A stretch of 64,000 nt of DNA from Rubripirellula sp. (GTDB taxonomy: Bacteria > Planctomycetota > Planctomycetia > Pirellulales > Pirellulaceae), in assembly GCA_965216875.1 (NCBI GenBank), contig OZ244207.1, positions 1,088,001 to 1,152,000 on the forward strand, read 5' to 3'. The position numbers and the translations under genes are program-made. The notes beneath the pieces were generated by a model. That model had not been told where the DNA came from. It worked only from the letters and a program-made list of their open reading frames with translations, and made no database searches. Shown piece after piece: positions 32,320 through 41,883 of this stretch. The first letter of the stretch is position 1, and every line of letters begins with the position of its first letter.

Positions 32320-34956
32320 CTAGCGTTTTTTGAGATGCTGGCCGGTCGCGCTCTTTTTGCATTTGGCGACTTCTTCGGGGGTGCCGGTTGCCATGATCTC
32401 TCCACCGCCCACACCGCCCGTGGGGCCGAGGTCCACGATCCAATCGCATGCCGCCAACAGGTCGAGGTTGTGTTCGATCACAAGCACCGTGTTTCCGGCG
32501 TCGACAAGTTTCTGCAACACTCCGACTAGCCGTTCGACGTCTGCGAAATGCAAACCCGTTGTCGGCTCATCGAGCAGATAGAGTGTGTTGCCGGTCGATC
32601 GCCTCGCGAGTTCGGTACCGAGTTTGATGCGTTGCGCCTCGCCGCCGCTAAGCGTCGTGCTGGCTTGCCCAAGATGCAAATAACCAAGTCCAACTGCCTG
32701 GAGCGATTGCAGAAGATGGTGAGGTCGTGGCACGTTCACAAAGAACTCACACGCTTCGTCGACGGTCATGTCCAACACATCAGCGATGCTCGCACCTTTG
32801 AATCGAACCTGCAAGGTTTGCCGATTGAACCGTTTGCCACCACATCGCGAGCAAGTCACAAACAAGTCACTCAGGAAATTCATCTCGACGCGTTCGACGC
32901 CGTGCCCTTTACAGAGTTCGCATTGGCCAGCGGATGAATTGAAGCTGAATCGCGACGGAGTGAACCCGCGTGTTTTCGATTCTCGCGTGGTTGCATACAC
33001 CTTGCGGATTTCGTCGAGCACGCCGGCGTAGGTCGCCGGGCAACTTCGCGGACTTCGGCCAATTGGACTCTGGTCGATCGGAATCAACTTGTCGAAGTGG
33101 TCGGCGCCCTCCAGGGAATCGTGGGGGCCAGCGGGCGGGGCAGCCAAACCGAGATTTGTCGCCAGCGCTGGATAGAGCGTGTCGTTGACGAGGGAACTCT
33201 TTCCGCTTCCTGAAACGCCAGAGATACCGGTCAGCAATCCGACCGGAAACTTGGCGGTGACACGTTTGAGGTTGTGTGTCGTGGCGTGTTTGATCGTCAG
33301 CCAACGATCCTTGTCTGGTTCGCGGCGTTGCGCTCGGACGGGAACGCGGCGGCGACCACTTAGGTAATCGCCGGTCAGACTGTTCTTGTCCGCAGCAACT
33401 TGCTTGGGCGTTCCGCGGCTGATGATCTTGCCGCCGTGCGGACCGGCGCCCGGTCCGATGTCGACAAGCAAGTCGGCGGCCATCATCGTTGCTTCGTCAT
33501 GTTCGACGATGACGACCGAATTGCCTTGGCGTTGTAGCTGACGAACGCAATCGATCAGCCGTTCATGGTCCGCTGGATGTAGACCGATCGATGGTTCATC
33601 AAGAACGTAGCAAACGCCAACCAGCCCGCTGCCGATACTGGTCGCCAAGCGAACGCGCTGCAACTCTCCGCCGCTCAGTGTGTCGGCTGGACGGTCCAGC
33701 GTCAGGTAGCTGACGCCAACACGCTCGAGGAATTCCAAACGTCGTACCACTTCGGCTTGGATAGGCGCTGCAACCTTGGCATGCAACGGTGCAAGCCCTT
33801 CATGCAGTTTTCGCATCCACTGAGTTGCTTCGCCGAGTGGCATTGCGGCCAATTGATGAATCGCGACGTTGTGAATGGTGACTCGCAGCGCTTCGGCGCG
33901 CAGCCGACCGCCCTCGCAATCCTCGCACGTTCGCTGGTCTTGGTCTTTGCCAATGCGTCCGAGTCCATCGCATGTTGGGCAAGCACCGTAGGGACTGTTG
34001 AAGCTGAACGTTCGCGGTTCGATTTCTTCAAAGCTCGCGCCGCACGACGCGCAAGCCATCGCCGTGTTGTAGATCGATTCTTCCCATTGGCCCCCTTTGG
34101 GTTGTCGCAGCGTCGTTATCAATCCTTCGCCAAGACGCAATGCGAGCGCGACCGATTCGCTGAGTCGCGTTTCGATACCTTCTCGGATGCCCAGCCGATC
34201 GACCACCGCTTCGATGGTGTGGTTCTTGCGCGGGGCGAGTTCTGGGATGTCCTCGAGCAAATGAACTTCGCCGTCGACACGAGCTCGAATCAATCCAGCC
34301 TTCCGAATCGATTCAAAGACTTCTCGGTGGGCTCCTCGTCGGCCGCGGACCAGCGGCGCCATGACGATCAGTTTGGTGCCTTCGGTAAGGGCGGCCAGGC
34401 TTTGACAAACGTCATCGGGCGATTGTTGCGAGATCGAGCTTCCGCATTCAGCACAATGGGGGACGCCGATCCGAGCATAAAGGAGCCGCAGGTAGTCGTA
34501 GACTTCGGTAATCGTGGCGACCGTGCTGCGCCCGCCGGTCGAGCCTGGTTTTTGGTCAATCGCAAGCGTCGGGGCCAAGCCGTCAATGGAATCGACATCG
34601 GGCCGCGGAATTTGATCGAGGAACTGGCGGGCGTAGGCCGAGAGGCTGTCGATGTATTGTCGCTGGCCTTCGGCGTAGAGCGTGTCAAACGCGAGCGAGC
34701 TCTTGCCGCTGCCCGAGACTCCTGTGATCACGGTGACCGCATCGCGAGGAATATCGAGATCGACGCCTTGCAAATTGTGGACTCGGGCGCCGCGAATGCG
34801 GATCTGTCCCCCGCTGCGGCCACTTTTGGGGCGGCGAGCCGACGTTTTGCTTCGTGCTTTCGTCGACGAAGTTCGCTTCGATTTGGTTTCCGCCAAGCCT
34901 GATCGGTCCGGATGAGCAATAATGGGGTAGACTTCCGCATCAAAAACGGCACACAC
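32320..34956 (-). CDS. uvrA: Excinuclease ABC subunit A, short variant (start uncertain)
   Basis: Two ABC modules (GVSGSGKSS twice, LSGGE twice, LDEP twice), YAEGQR and zinc-finger CxxC pairs. Confidence 0.95.
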   Translation of the reverse strand: MCAVFDAEVYPIIAHPDRSGLAETKSKRTSSTKARSKTSARRPKSGRSGGQIRIRGARVHNLQGVDLDIPRDAVTVITGVSGSGKSSLAFDTLYAEGQRQYIDSLSAYARQFLDQIPRPDVDSIDGLAPTLAIDQKPGSTGGRSTVATITEVYDYLRLLYARIGVPHCAECGSSISQQSPDDVCQSLAALTEGTKLIVMAPLVRGRRGAHREVFESIRKAGLIRARVDGEVHLLEDIPELAPRKNHTIEAVVDRLGIREGIETRLSESVALALRLGEGLITTLRQPKGGQWEESIYNTAMACASCGASFEEIEPRTFSFNSPYGACPTCDGLGRIGKDQDQRTCEDCEGGRLRAEALRVTIHNVAIHQLAAMPLGEATQWMRKLHEGLAPLHAKVAAPIQAEVVRRLEFLERVGVSYLTLDRPADTLSGGELQRVRLATSIGSGLVGVCYVLDEPSIGLHPADHERLIDCVRQLQRQGNSVVIVEHDEATMMAADLLVDIGPGAGPHGGKIISRGTPKQVAADKNSLTGDYLSGRRRVPVRAQRREPDKDRWLTIKHATTHNLKRVTAKFPVGLLTGISGVSGSGKSSLVNDTLYPALATNLGLAAPPAGPHDSLEGADHFDKLIPIDQSPIGRSPRSCPATYAGVLDEIRKVYATTRESKTRGFTPSRFSFNSSAGQCELCKGHGVERVEMNFLSDLFVTCSRCGGKRFNRQTLQVRFKGASIADVLDMTVDEACEFFVNVPRPHHLLQSLQAVGLGYLHLGQASTTLSGGEAQRIKLGTELARRSTGNTLYLLDEPTTGLHFADVERLVGVLQKLVDAGNTVLVIEHNLDLLAACDWIVDLGPTGGVGGGEIMATGTPEEVAKCKKSATGQHLKKR

Positions 34957-35020
34957 TCCACCTAATCAATAGGTAGACGTTCTGGTTCACGGTAGATGAC
35001 CGGGCAATCTTTGAAAATCC

Positions 35021-36160
35021 ATGACCATAACCGACTTGTCCGTGGAACGTGAAAACATGCTGCTCGCATCGTACGCGATGCACAGCGACGAAACGCGCGG
35101 TCGCATTCACGACGAACCGCCGCATCCCTACCGCGGTCCTTTTGCGCGCGACCGTGATCGCATCCTGCACAGCAGTGCGTTTCGACGCCTGAGTGGTAAA
35201 ATGCAGGTTTTTACCGGCGAGATGGGAGTCTATCACCGCACACGACTAACACACACGTTCGAAGTCGCGTCGGTCGCGCGGACGCTGGCCAGAACGCTGC
35301 GATTAAACGAAGACCTTACCGAAGCCCTCGCGCTGATGCACGACATTGGCCATCCACCCTACGGGCATTGCGGCGAGGATGCGCTGAGTGAGTGTATGCA
35401 GGATGTTGGTGGGTTTTCGCACAACGGTTTTGCCTTGGTGATCGTCACCGAGCTGGAACAACGTTACACCGGGTTCCCCGGTTTGAATCTATCTCGAGAA
35501 ACACTGGCCGGCCAAGACGTCCGCGCACACAAGGCCGAAGCCGCGATCGGACACTCACCGCTCTTGGAAGTCCAGCTTGTCGATGCCGCCGATTCGATCG
35601 CTTACGACGCACACGACGTCGATGATGCGCTGCAGATGGGGCTGCTTTCGATCGACGAACTTGCCGAATTGTCGATCGTGCGACGTTCCCTCGATTTGGT
35701 TCGAGAAAAACATGGGATGCTGCCGACCAGTCAGCTGCGTCAATCATTGGTGCATGAGTTGATTGATTTGCAGGTTGGTGATTTGGTGACGATTGCCCAG
35801 TCGCAACTTGCTGCCGTCGACGGATTGAGTTGCTTCGAGGTTTGTCGCCAGGGGGTACGGTTCCAGCACAGCGAGCAGATTGCTCGCGAACGGGCCGAGC
35901 TCGAGGCGTTTCTATTCGAAGCGGTCTATCGCCATTCGCGTTTGATCCCCGTCCGCGAAGCCGCGGCCGAGCGATTGAGGGTTCTGTTTGAAACGATCTT
36001 GGCCGATCCGAACCGTTTGCCACTGCGTTTTCGCCAACGTGCTGAACGGGTGCATATCGAACGGGTCGTGGGCGAGTACATCGCCGGCATGACCGACTCG
36101 CTCTGCGATGCCCAGTCCGAACAAATCGCCCACTCCAGCGGTCCACTTGCCGATTGGTAG
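35021..36160 (+). CDS. dgt: dNTP triphosphohydrolase (dGTPase-like, HD domain)
   Basis: RDRDRILHSSAFRRL..KMQVF, RTRLTHTFEV, HDIGHPPYGHCGE, AYDAHDVDD and YIAGMTD. Confidence 0.93.
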   Translation: MTITDLSVERENMLLASYAMHSDETRGRIHDEPPHPYRGPFARDRDRILHSSAFRRLSGKMQVFTGEMGVYHRTRLTHTFEVASVARTLARTLRLNEDLTEALALMHDIGHPPYGHCGEDALSECMQDVGGFSHNGFALVIVTELEQRYTGFPGLNLSRETLAGQDVRAHKAEAAIGHSPLLEVQLVDAADSIAYDAHDVDDALQMGLLSIDELAELSIVRRSLDLVREKHGMLPTSQLRQSLVHELIDLQVGDLVTIAQSQLAAVDGLSCFEVCRQGVRFQHSEQIARERAELEAFLFEAVYRHSRLIPVREAAAERLRVLFETILADPNRLPLRFRQRAERVHIERVVGEYIAGMTDSLCDAQSEQIAHSSGPLADW

Positions 36161-36498
36161 GGTTTCTGAGTACGCAGGGCAAATGAACCCGTTTCATCCA
36201 AACCCGAATGACCACCGAGGCGTCCATGCACGCCGCATTTCACCTTCTGGCCAAGGCAGTTCCCTCCCAGCTAGCGGATGATCGTCGCTGCGGGGCCGTC
36301 TGTTCGGAATAGACCGATTTTGACGCCTCCATTCGCTCTCTCGAGCCAGAATGCGGTTTCCACTCCCCTGGGGTGCGCGGTGAGGCTCATTTACACTGGA
36401 TCAGAATGATTTTGTTGTGGCGTCGTTGTTGGCAATTGCCTGGGCACGCCCGGTGGGACTTTCCTACTTTTGAAACCTAAAGAAGGGGCAACCATCTG

Positions 36499-37503
36499 AT
36501 GGCCCTCATTATTCTTCGCTGCATCTTCCTGCTTTGTGCAGGCGGTGTTTCGGTCATCATCAATTCGTCGCTGACCGACGCGTCGACCGCCGCACCCTAT
36601 TTGATCTTTGCAGGGATCATGTCGTTCGCGCTCACCGTTGTCGTGGCCGACATCTACGCTCCGCGAAAACGAATCGACACCATTTCGTCAATCTATTTCG
36701 GTGTGCTGATCGGTGTGCTCCTTAGTTATGTGCTTTGGGTCGCGGTCGAACCGATCGTGCTGCAGTCACTGAACGGCCAGGCCGTCCGATTGATCTTGGC
36801 CGTTGTGCTTTGTTACATCTGTACGAGCGTTTTGCTGCAAACCAAAGACGACTTCCGGTTCCTAATTCCTTATGTGGAATTCGTCCGCGAAGTTAAAGGA
36901 TTCAAACCCTTGGTGCTCGACACGAGCGTCGTGATCGATGGCCGCATCGCCGACCTGGTCGCAACCGGTGTCTTTGACAACCAATTGATCATGCCCCGCT
37001 TCGCACTTAGCGAACTGCAGGCGATTGCCGACAGCGGCGACAAACTCCGGCGCACCCGCGGCCGACGCGGGCTCGATGTGCTCAATCGAATGCGTGCCGA
37101 CGACAACGTCGATTTGATGATTTTTGATCGCGAGCTTCCTGAATTGGCCGGTCAAACCGTCGACTTGAAATTGGTGCTGCTTGCCAAACACCTCGAAGGC
37201 AAAGTGGTCACGGGCGACTTTAACCTCAATAAAGTTGCCAAGCTTCACAACGTTCCCGTGATCAACCTGAACGAGATCAGCAATTCGCTACGCCCCGTCT
37301 TCCTGCCCGACGAAACGTTCAAGATCAAAGTGATCAAGGCTGGCGAAGGTCCTGAGCAAGGGATCGGCTACCTCGATGACGGTACCATGGTTGTGATCGA
37401 AGGCGGTCGCAATCGTATTGGCGAAGAGCTTGATGTGCGCGTCACGAGCACGCTGCAAACGAACGCTGGGAAGATGATCTTCAGCAAATGTGAAGCTCGT
37501 TAG
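36499..37503 (+). CDS. Membrane PIN/TRAM domain protein (YacL-like)
   Basis: N-terminal TMs; LDTSVVIDGRI, RGRRGLD, DFNLNKVA and QGIGYLDDGTMVV. Ribosome-binding-like AGAAGGGG upstream. Confidence 0.92.
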   Translation: MALIILRCIFLLCAGGVSVIINSSLTDASTAAPYLIFAGIMSFALTVVVADIYAPRKRIDTISSIYFGVLIGVLLSYVLWVAVEPIVLQSLNGQAVRLILAVVLCYICTSVLLQTKDDFRFLIPYVEFVREVKGFKPLVLDTSVVIDGRIADLVATGVFDNQLIMPRFALSELQAIADSGDKLRRTRGRRGLDVLNRMRADDNVDLMIFDRELPELAGQTVDLKLVLLAKHLEGKVVTGDFNLNKVAKLHNVPVINLNEISNSLRPVFLPDETFKIKVIKAGEGPEQGIGYLDDGTMVVIEGGRNRIGEELDVRVTSTLQTNAGKMIFSKCEAR

Positions 37504-37555
37504 ACGGGTGCATGTGAGCTGCGTCAATGACTCGCCGCATGGGGCGTATGGGAGT

Positions 37556-37595
37556 TGCCGGATCTGTGTCGCTGTCGCTCCTTGATCCGGCCTAC
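37556..37595 (-). repeat. REP-A (GTAG-tagged palindromic repeat), single copy
   Basis: Reverse complement of GTAGGCCGGATCAAGGAGCGACAGCGACACAGATCCGGCA, identical to the copies at 53982 and 54194. Confidence 0.92.
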
Positions 37596-37609
37596 TCGGC
37601 AAGCAGACG

Positions 37610-38041
37610 ATGAACGAAATCAATCCAGCCTTCTTGCTGCTGATCCCTGTCGCCTGGTGCCTGATTTCTCTTTCAATGTCACGCATGTCAGGCTGGTCGC
37701 GCCTGGCTCGCGAGTTTCCCTGTGGCGATGCACCCGAAGTGACGGGCGATTTGGAAATCGCTCGCATGCGAACCGGGCGTGTCGGCGTGATCAATTACTA
37801 CTCGTGTCTGACCTTCAAGGCGACTGAGCAAGGGTTGTACGTTTCGGTGGCCCCGTTTTTACGATTGGGGCACAAGCCGTTCTATATCCCGTGGAATCAG
37901 TTTCATCATATTGCTGAACACGATCTGCTCTATTCGCAACGGGTGAAGATGTCCGTCGGCAAACCGACCATCAACCGGTTCCTCTTTCCGGGCTGGGTGA
38001 AGTACCACCTTCCCTACGAAATGCGCCCCGACGTTGATTGA
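37610..38041 (+). CDS. Hypothetical membrane-anchored protein
   Basis: 143 aa; N-terminal TM; GWSRLA..F and PFYIPW motifs; fills the intergenic space. Confidence 0.7.
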   Translation: MNEINPAFLLLIPVAWCLISLSMSRMSGWSRLAREFPCGDAPEVTGDLEIARMRTGRVGVINYYSCLTFKATEQGLYVSVAPFLRLGHKPFYIPWNQFHHIAEHDLLYSQRVKMSVGKPTINRFLFPGWVKYHLPYEMRPDVD

Positions 38042-38057
38042 GCGGCGTGATCGTTCT

Positions 38058-38121
38058 GTTCGTAGTACCGCCTTCAGGCGGAATCTTCACGAGGATTCCG
38101 CCTAAAGGCGGGACTACGAAC
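38058..38121. repeat. REP-C inverted pair (REPIN-like hairpin)
   Basis: GTTCGTAGTACCGCCTTCAGGCGGAATC...GATTCCGCCTAAAGGCGGGACTACGAAC, a near-perfect 64-bp palindrome with GTAG tags at both ends. Confidence 0.9.
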
Positions 38122-38246
38122 GCACCGAACGGTGTGTCATGCGGAGCATGACCTACAACTACAACCTCCTGCGAAACTTCTGCCCCAATCACGGGTTATA
38201 ACAGGGACTCTTCCCACCTCCCTTCCCTCGCATCAGGTTGCTCGCG

Positions 38247-39605
38247 ATGCCTCGATCCATGCTCTTTTGTGCACTGGCTTGCTTGATTCCTCTTTCTCCG
38301 GCGGCCGCAGAGAATTGGGGCCACTGGCGTGGGCCGACCGGTAACGGAACGTCGCCCGACGCAAAGCCACCCACTCAGTGGAGTGAAACCGAGAATGTGA
38401 AATGGAAGGTGCCGATCGCAGGCCGTGGCTCGGGAAGTCCCGTGGTTTGGGATGACCGTGTCTTTGTCGTCACGGCTGTGCCTACCAGCGGCGAAGCGAC
38501 ATCAGCTGCACCCCAGCAAGCTCGCCCCAGCCTGCGACCACAAACGCGACGCCGGGGAGGCGGACGTTTTTCACGTGGCGGAGGCGGCGGGGGTCACGCG
38601 ATCACGCAGCTCGAATTCAAGATTCTTTGCTTCGCCCGAAACAGTGGCGGTCTGCTTTGGGAAAAGACCTCGGTCACAGCAACGCCACACCAAGCGACCC
38701 ATTCCACCAACGGATTCGCGTCGGCTTCTCCTTGCACCGATGGCCAGCATGTTTACGCCCACTTCGGTTCGCGTGGCTTGTACTGCTACACGATGGATGG
38801 CCAATTGAAATGGAAACGCGACGACTTTCCAAACATGAACACTCGCAACGATTTTGGCGAAGGCAGTTCGCCAACCATCATCGGCGACAAGATCCTGGTC
38901 CCCTGGGATCATGAAGGTCCCTCTGCGCTTTATGCACTCAACAAGCTTACTGGCGACACGATTTGGACAGCCGAGCGAAATGACGAGCCGACTTGTTGGG
39001 CGACACCGCTGGTGATCCCTTACGAGGGCGGAAAACAGGTTGTGATGAATGGCCAAACCTGTGCCCGCGGTTATGACCTTGAAAGCGGTAAGGAACTTTG
39101 GCGTTGTGGCGGGCAGACTCAACGTCCCGTCGCCACTCCCGTTGCAGCGGACGGTTTGGTTTTTGTCGGCAGCGGCTTCCGCGGCGAGTTCCTTGCTGCC
39201 TTTCGTCCCAATGGAAGCGGCGACATTGAAGGAACAACGCACGTTGCGTGGACTACGGAACGCGATACACCCGATATCGCGTCTCCGTTGCTCTCAGGTG
39301 ATCGGCTCTACTTTCACAAGGGCAAGTCGGGAATCTTGACCTGTTTGAAAGCCGACACCGGTCAGCCGTACTACACCGCAACGCGAGTGCCAGGCATCAA
39401 TAGCACGTACGCGTCGCCGATCGCGGCCGGTGGCCATGTCTATTTGACCGGACGAAGCGGCACGACCGTTGTGATTTCGGATGGCGAAAAGATGAATGTC
39501 GTTGCGACCAACTCGGTCGGTGAAGGCGTCGATGCGACGCCAGCGGCGGTCGATGACGAGCTATTCATCCGCGGTGAAAAACACCTCTTCTGTATTGCTG
39601 AGTGA
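38247..39605 (+). CDS. Exported PQQ-binding-like beta-propeller protein
   Basis: Signal peptide; [37 protein letters not shown] and YASP repeats. Confidence 0.9.
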   Translation: MPRSMLFCALACLIPLSPAAAENWGHWRGPTGNGTSPDAKPPTQWSETENVKWKVPIAGRGSGSPVVWDDRVFVVTAVPTSGEATSAAPQQARPSLRPQTRRRGGGRFSRGGGGGGHAITQLEFKILCFARNSGGLLWEKTSVTATPHQATHSTNGFASASPCTDGQHVYAHFGSRGLYCYTMDGQLKWKRDDFPNMNTRNDFGEGSSPTIIGDKILVPWDHEGPSALYALNKLTGDTIWTAERNDEPTCWATPLVIPYEGGKQVVMNGQTCARGYDLESGKELWRCGGQTQRPVATPVAADGLVFVGSGFRGEFLAAFRPNGSGDIEGTTHVAWTTERDTPDIASPLLSGDRLYFHKGKSGILTCLKADTGQPYYTATRVPGINSTYASPIAAGGHVYLTGRSGTTVVISDGEKMNVVATNSVGEGVDATPAAVDDELFIRGEKHLFCIAE

Positions 39606-39663
39606 TTCCTGCCCTCAGAAGAACGCACGAAGTACTGCCACGACGAAATGGGACAACTGTGAA

Positions 39664-40839
39664 ATGAAGAACGCACGCACTTTCCTTTTGGTCGGACTGC
39701 TCGCCACGGTTGCCGTTGGAACGAGCGTCTTTGCTCAGCGTCGCGGTCGCCGCGGCGGGGGAGCAGCGGCACTCGCTCAGCCTTATAAGGGCGTGATTGC
39801 AGACGGCAAGGTCGAGAAAGGACTCTTCAAGATCGAATCGACGGGCGTGACGACAGAACCGGTTGTTGCCTCAGCCAACAAGTTCATTGCTTCGCTTAAC
39901 GACGACCAGAAGGGACGCACGCTTTATCCCGTTGATGACCTCGAATGGCGGAAATGGGACAACCGGCATTTCTACAAGCGCCAAGGCGTTGGTTTTGATG
40001 AAATGACGAAGAGTCAACGCGAGCTTGCGTTCGGGTTGATGAAATCGAGTCTCAGCGCGAAAGGACTGAAGCTTTCCAAAGACATCATGAAGCTCAACGG
40101 CACGCTCGCCGAACTGGCCAACAACTTCGAAGAATACGGTGAGTGGCTGTACTGGATCACGATCATGGGTGAGCCATCATCCTCCCAGCCGTGGGGCTGG
40201 CAAATCGACGGGCACCATCTCGTGATCAATTACTTTGTCCTCGGTGATCAAGTCGTGATGTCACCCGTGTTCATCGGCAGCGAACCGATTCATGCAACCG
40301 GTGGCAAGTTCAAAGGCACGATCGTGATGCAAGAGGAACAAGATCTCGGATTGAAGTTTGCCCAGTCGCTTGATGACGAACAACGCAAGCTCGCGGTGAT
40401 TGCTCAAGCGAAAGAGGGCAACAACGCTGTCGCCCAGGCGTACCAAGACAACATCGATCTCGACTACTCAGGTCTCCCGGCCGTGATGTTGAATGACAAA
40501 CAGCGCGACATGCTACTCGGCGTTGTCGAGGCCTACGTTGGCAACATGGACGATGGCCACGCGAAGGTAAAGATGGATGAAGTCAAAGAGCACCTCGATC
40601 GAACCTACTTTGCGTGGGTCGGCGACACCAAAGACGACAGCGTTTTCTACTACCGGATTCACTCGCCAGTGATCCTGATCGAGTTTGATCATCAACGCCG
40701 CGTGGCACCCTTCCGGTCAGCGTCACCGACGCGCGAGCACATTCACGCGGTCGTGCGAACACCAAATGGAAACGACTACGGTAAGGATTTACTGCGTCAA
40801 CACATCGAGCGAGATCACGATTCCGACGCCGGTCGGTGA
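39664..40839 (+). CDS. DUF3500 domain protein (exported)
   Basis: [28 protein letters not shown] and [15 protein letters not shown]. Confidence 0.88.
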   Translation: MKNARTFLLVGLLATVAVGTSVFAQRRGRRGGGAAALAQPYKGVIADGKVEKGLFKIESTGVTTEPVVASANKFIASLNDDQKGRTLYPVDDLEWRKWDNRHFYKRQGVGFDEMTKSQRELAFGLMKSSLSAKGLKLSKDIMKLNGTLAELANNFEEYGEWLYWITIMGEPSSSQPWGWQIDGHHLVINYFVLGDQVVMSPVFIGSEPIHATGGKFKGTIVMQEEQDLGLKFAQSLDDEQRKLAVIAQAKEGNNAVAQAYQDNIDLDYSGLPAVMLNDKQRDMLLGVVEAYVGNMDDGHAKVKMDEVKEHLDRTYFAWVGDTKDDSVFYYRIHSPVILIEFDHQRRVAPFRSASPTREHIHAVVRTPNGNDYGKDLLRQHIERDHDSDAGR

Positions 40840-40908
40840 CCCGTGCGAGGTGCAGATGGTCTAAAATCGGAGGGAAACAACCATTCGCCCCATCCCCATG
40901 GAAGAACC

Positions 40909-41454
40909 ATGTCGCGTGCATTGCTAGTGATCGACGTTCAAAACGAATACTTCACCGGCGCGTTGCCGATCACGCACCCCGTTGGGCATCTCGAGTCGAT
41001 CACCCGCACGATGGATGTGGCAAAAGAGAGTGGTGTTCCGACCGTGGTGATTCGTCACCACATGGCCGATCCCGCTTCGCCGATTTTTCGTAAGGATTCG
41101 CCCGAGTGGCAATTGCACGATGAAGTTGCCGATCGTGAGCATCAGAAGCTGATCGACAAACAATTGCCAGGCAGCTTCACCAACACCGACCTCGAGCCTT
41201 GGCTGAAAGACAAGGGAATCGACACAGTCACGATTGCGGGCTACATGACGCACATGTGCTGCGACACGACTGCCCGCCAAGCGGCTCACCTCGGCTTGAA
41301 AGTCGAGTTTCTTTCGGATGCTTCGGGAACGCTGCCGCTCGCCAATGAAGCGGGGGAAGTCACCGCGGAAGAACTCCAACGCTCGATCTTGTGCGCTCAA
41401 CAGATGTTGATCAGCGAGGTACTGCCGTCAGAAAAGTGGTTTGAACGCTTGTAA
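40909..41454 (+). CDS. Cysteine hydrolase (isochorismatase family)
   Basis: ALLVIDVQNEY, IDKQLPGSF and GYMTHMCCDTTAR (Asp-Lys-Cys triad). Confidence 0.93.
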   Translation: MSRALLVIDVQNEYFTGALPITHPVGHLESITRTMDVAKESGVPTVVIRHHMADPASPIFRKDSPEWQLHDEVADREHQKLIDKQLPGSFTNTDLEPWLKDKGIDTVTIAGYMTHMCCDTTARQAAHLGLKVEFLSDASGTLPLANEAGEVTAEELQRSILCAQQMLISEVLPSEKWFERL

Positions 41455-41466
41455 GTCGCGCTTGGC

Positions 41467-41838
41467 TCAGTTTTCTACCTGCCGGCGGGCCCTTCGGATC
41501 AAAAGTGCAAAGGGAAGCTGCGCCACGAACACGCCCACGAAGGCGTAGACGAACCACAACGCGCCGACGATCAAGGTCGATCGCCAATCACCAATGGCGT
41601 AAAGGATGGGATCAAGCCAGTGCGTTCCGACGTAGCCTGTCTGAGGGCAAAAGTTGTCCCAGCGATAAAAGGTGCTGATGTAAACCAACGTGATTGCGAC
41701 AATGCCCGCACCCGTTGGCAACGCAAAGAGTGCTCCATGCTGATTGATCCCTTTGCGCTCTGCCGTTGTGGATGGCTGGGTGTCGGTGGCAGGTCCAACA
41801 TCCGTCGCAGGTTCAAAGGGATTGTCGCTGTTTTGCAT
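41467..41838 (-). CDS. Hypothetical membrane protein
   Basis: 123 aa; N-terminal NPF motif common in planctomycete membrane proteins; two hydrophobic segments. Confidence 0.6.
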   Translation of the reverse strand: MQNSDNPFEPATDVGPATDTQPSTTAERKGINQHGALFALPTGAGIVAITLVYISTFYRWDNFCPQTGYVGTHWLDPILYAIGDWRSTLIVGALWFVYAFVGVFVAQLPFALLIRRARRQVEN

Positions 41839-41883
41839 ACGGTTGGTTTACGGTGGCTAGTTCGCACTTCGAACCTTTGACGA

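Noticed and set aside
36161..36498. Riboswitch or ncRNA in the 340-bp gap before the PIN/TRAM gene
   Set aside because: No recognisable family motif by eye; an Rfam scan would be needed.
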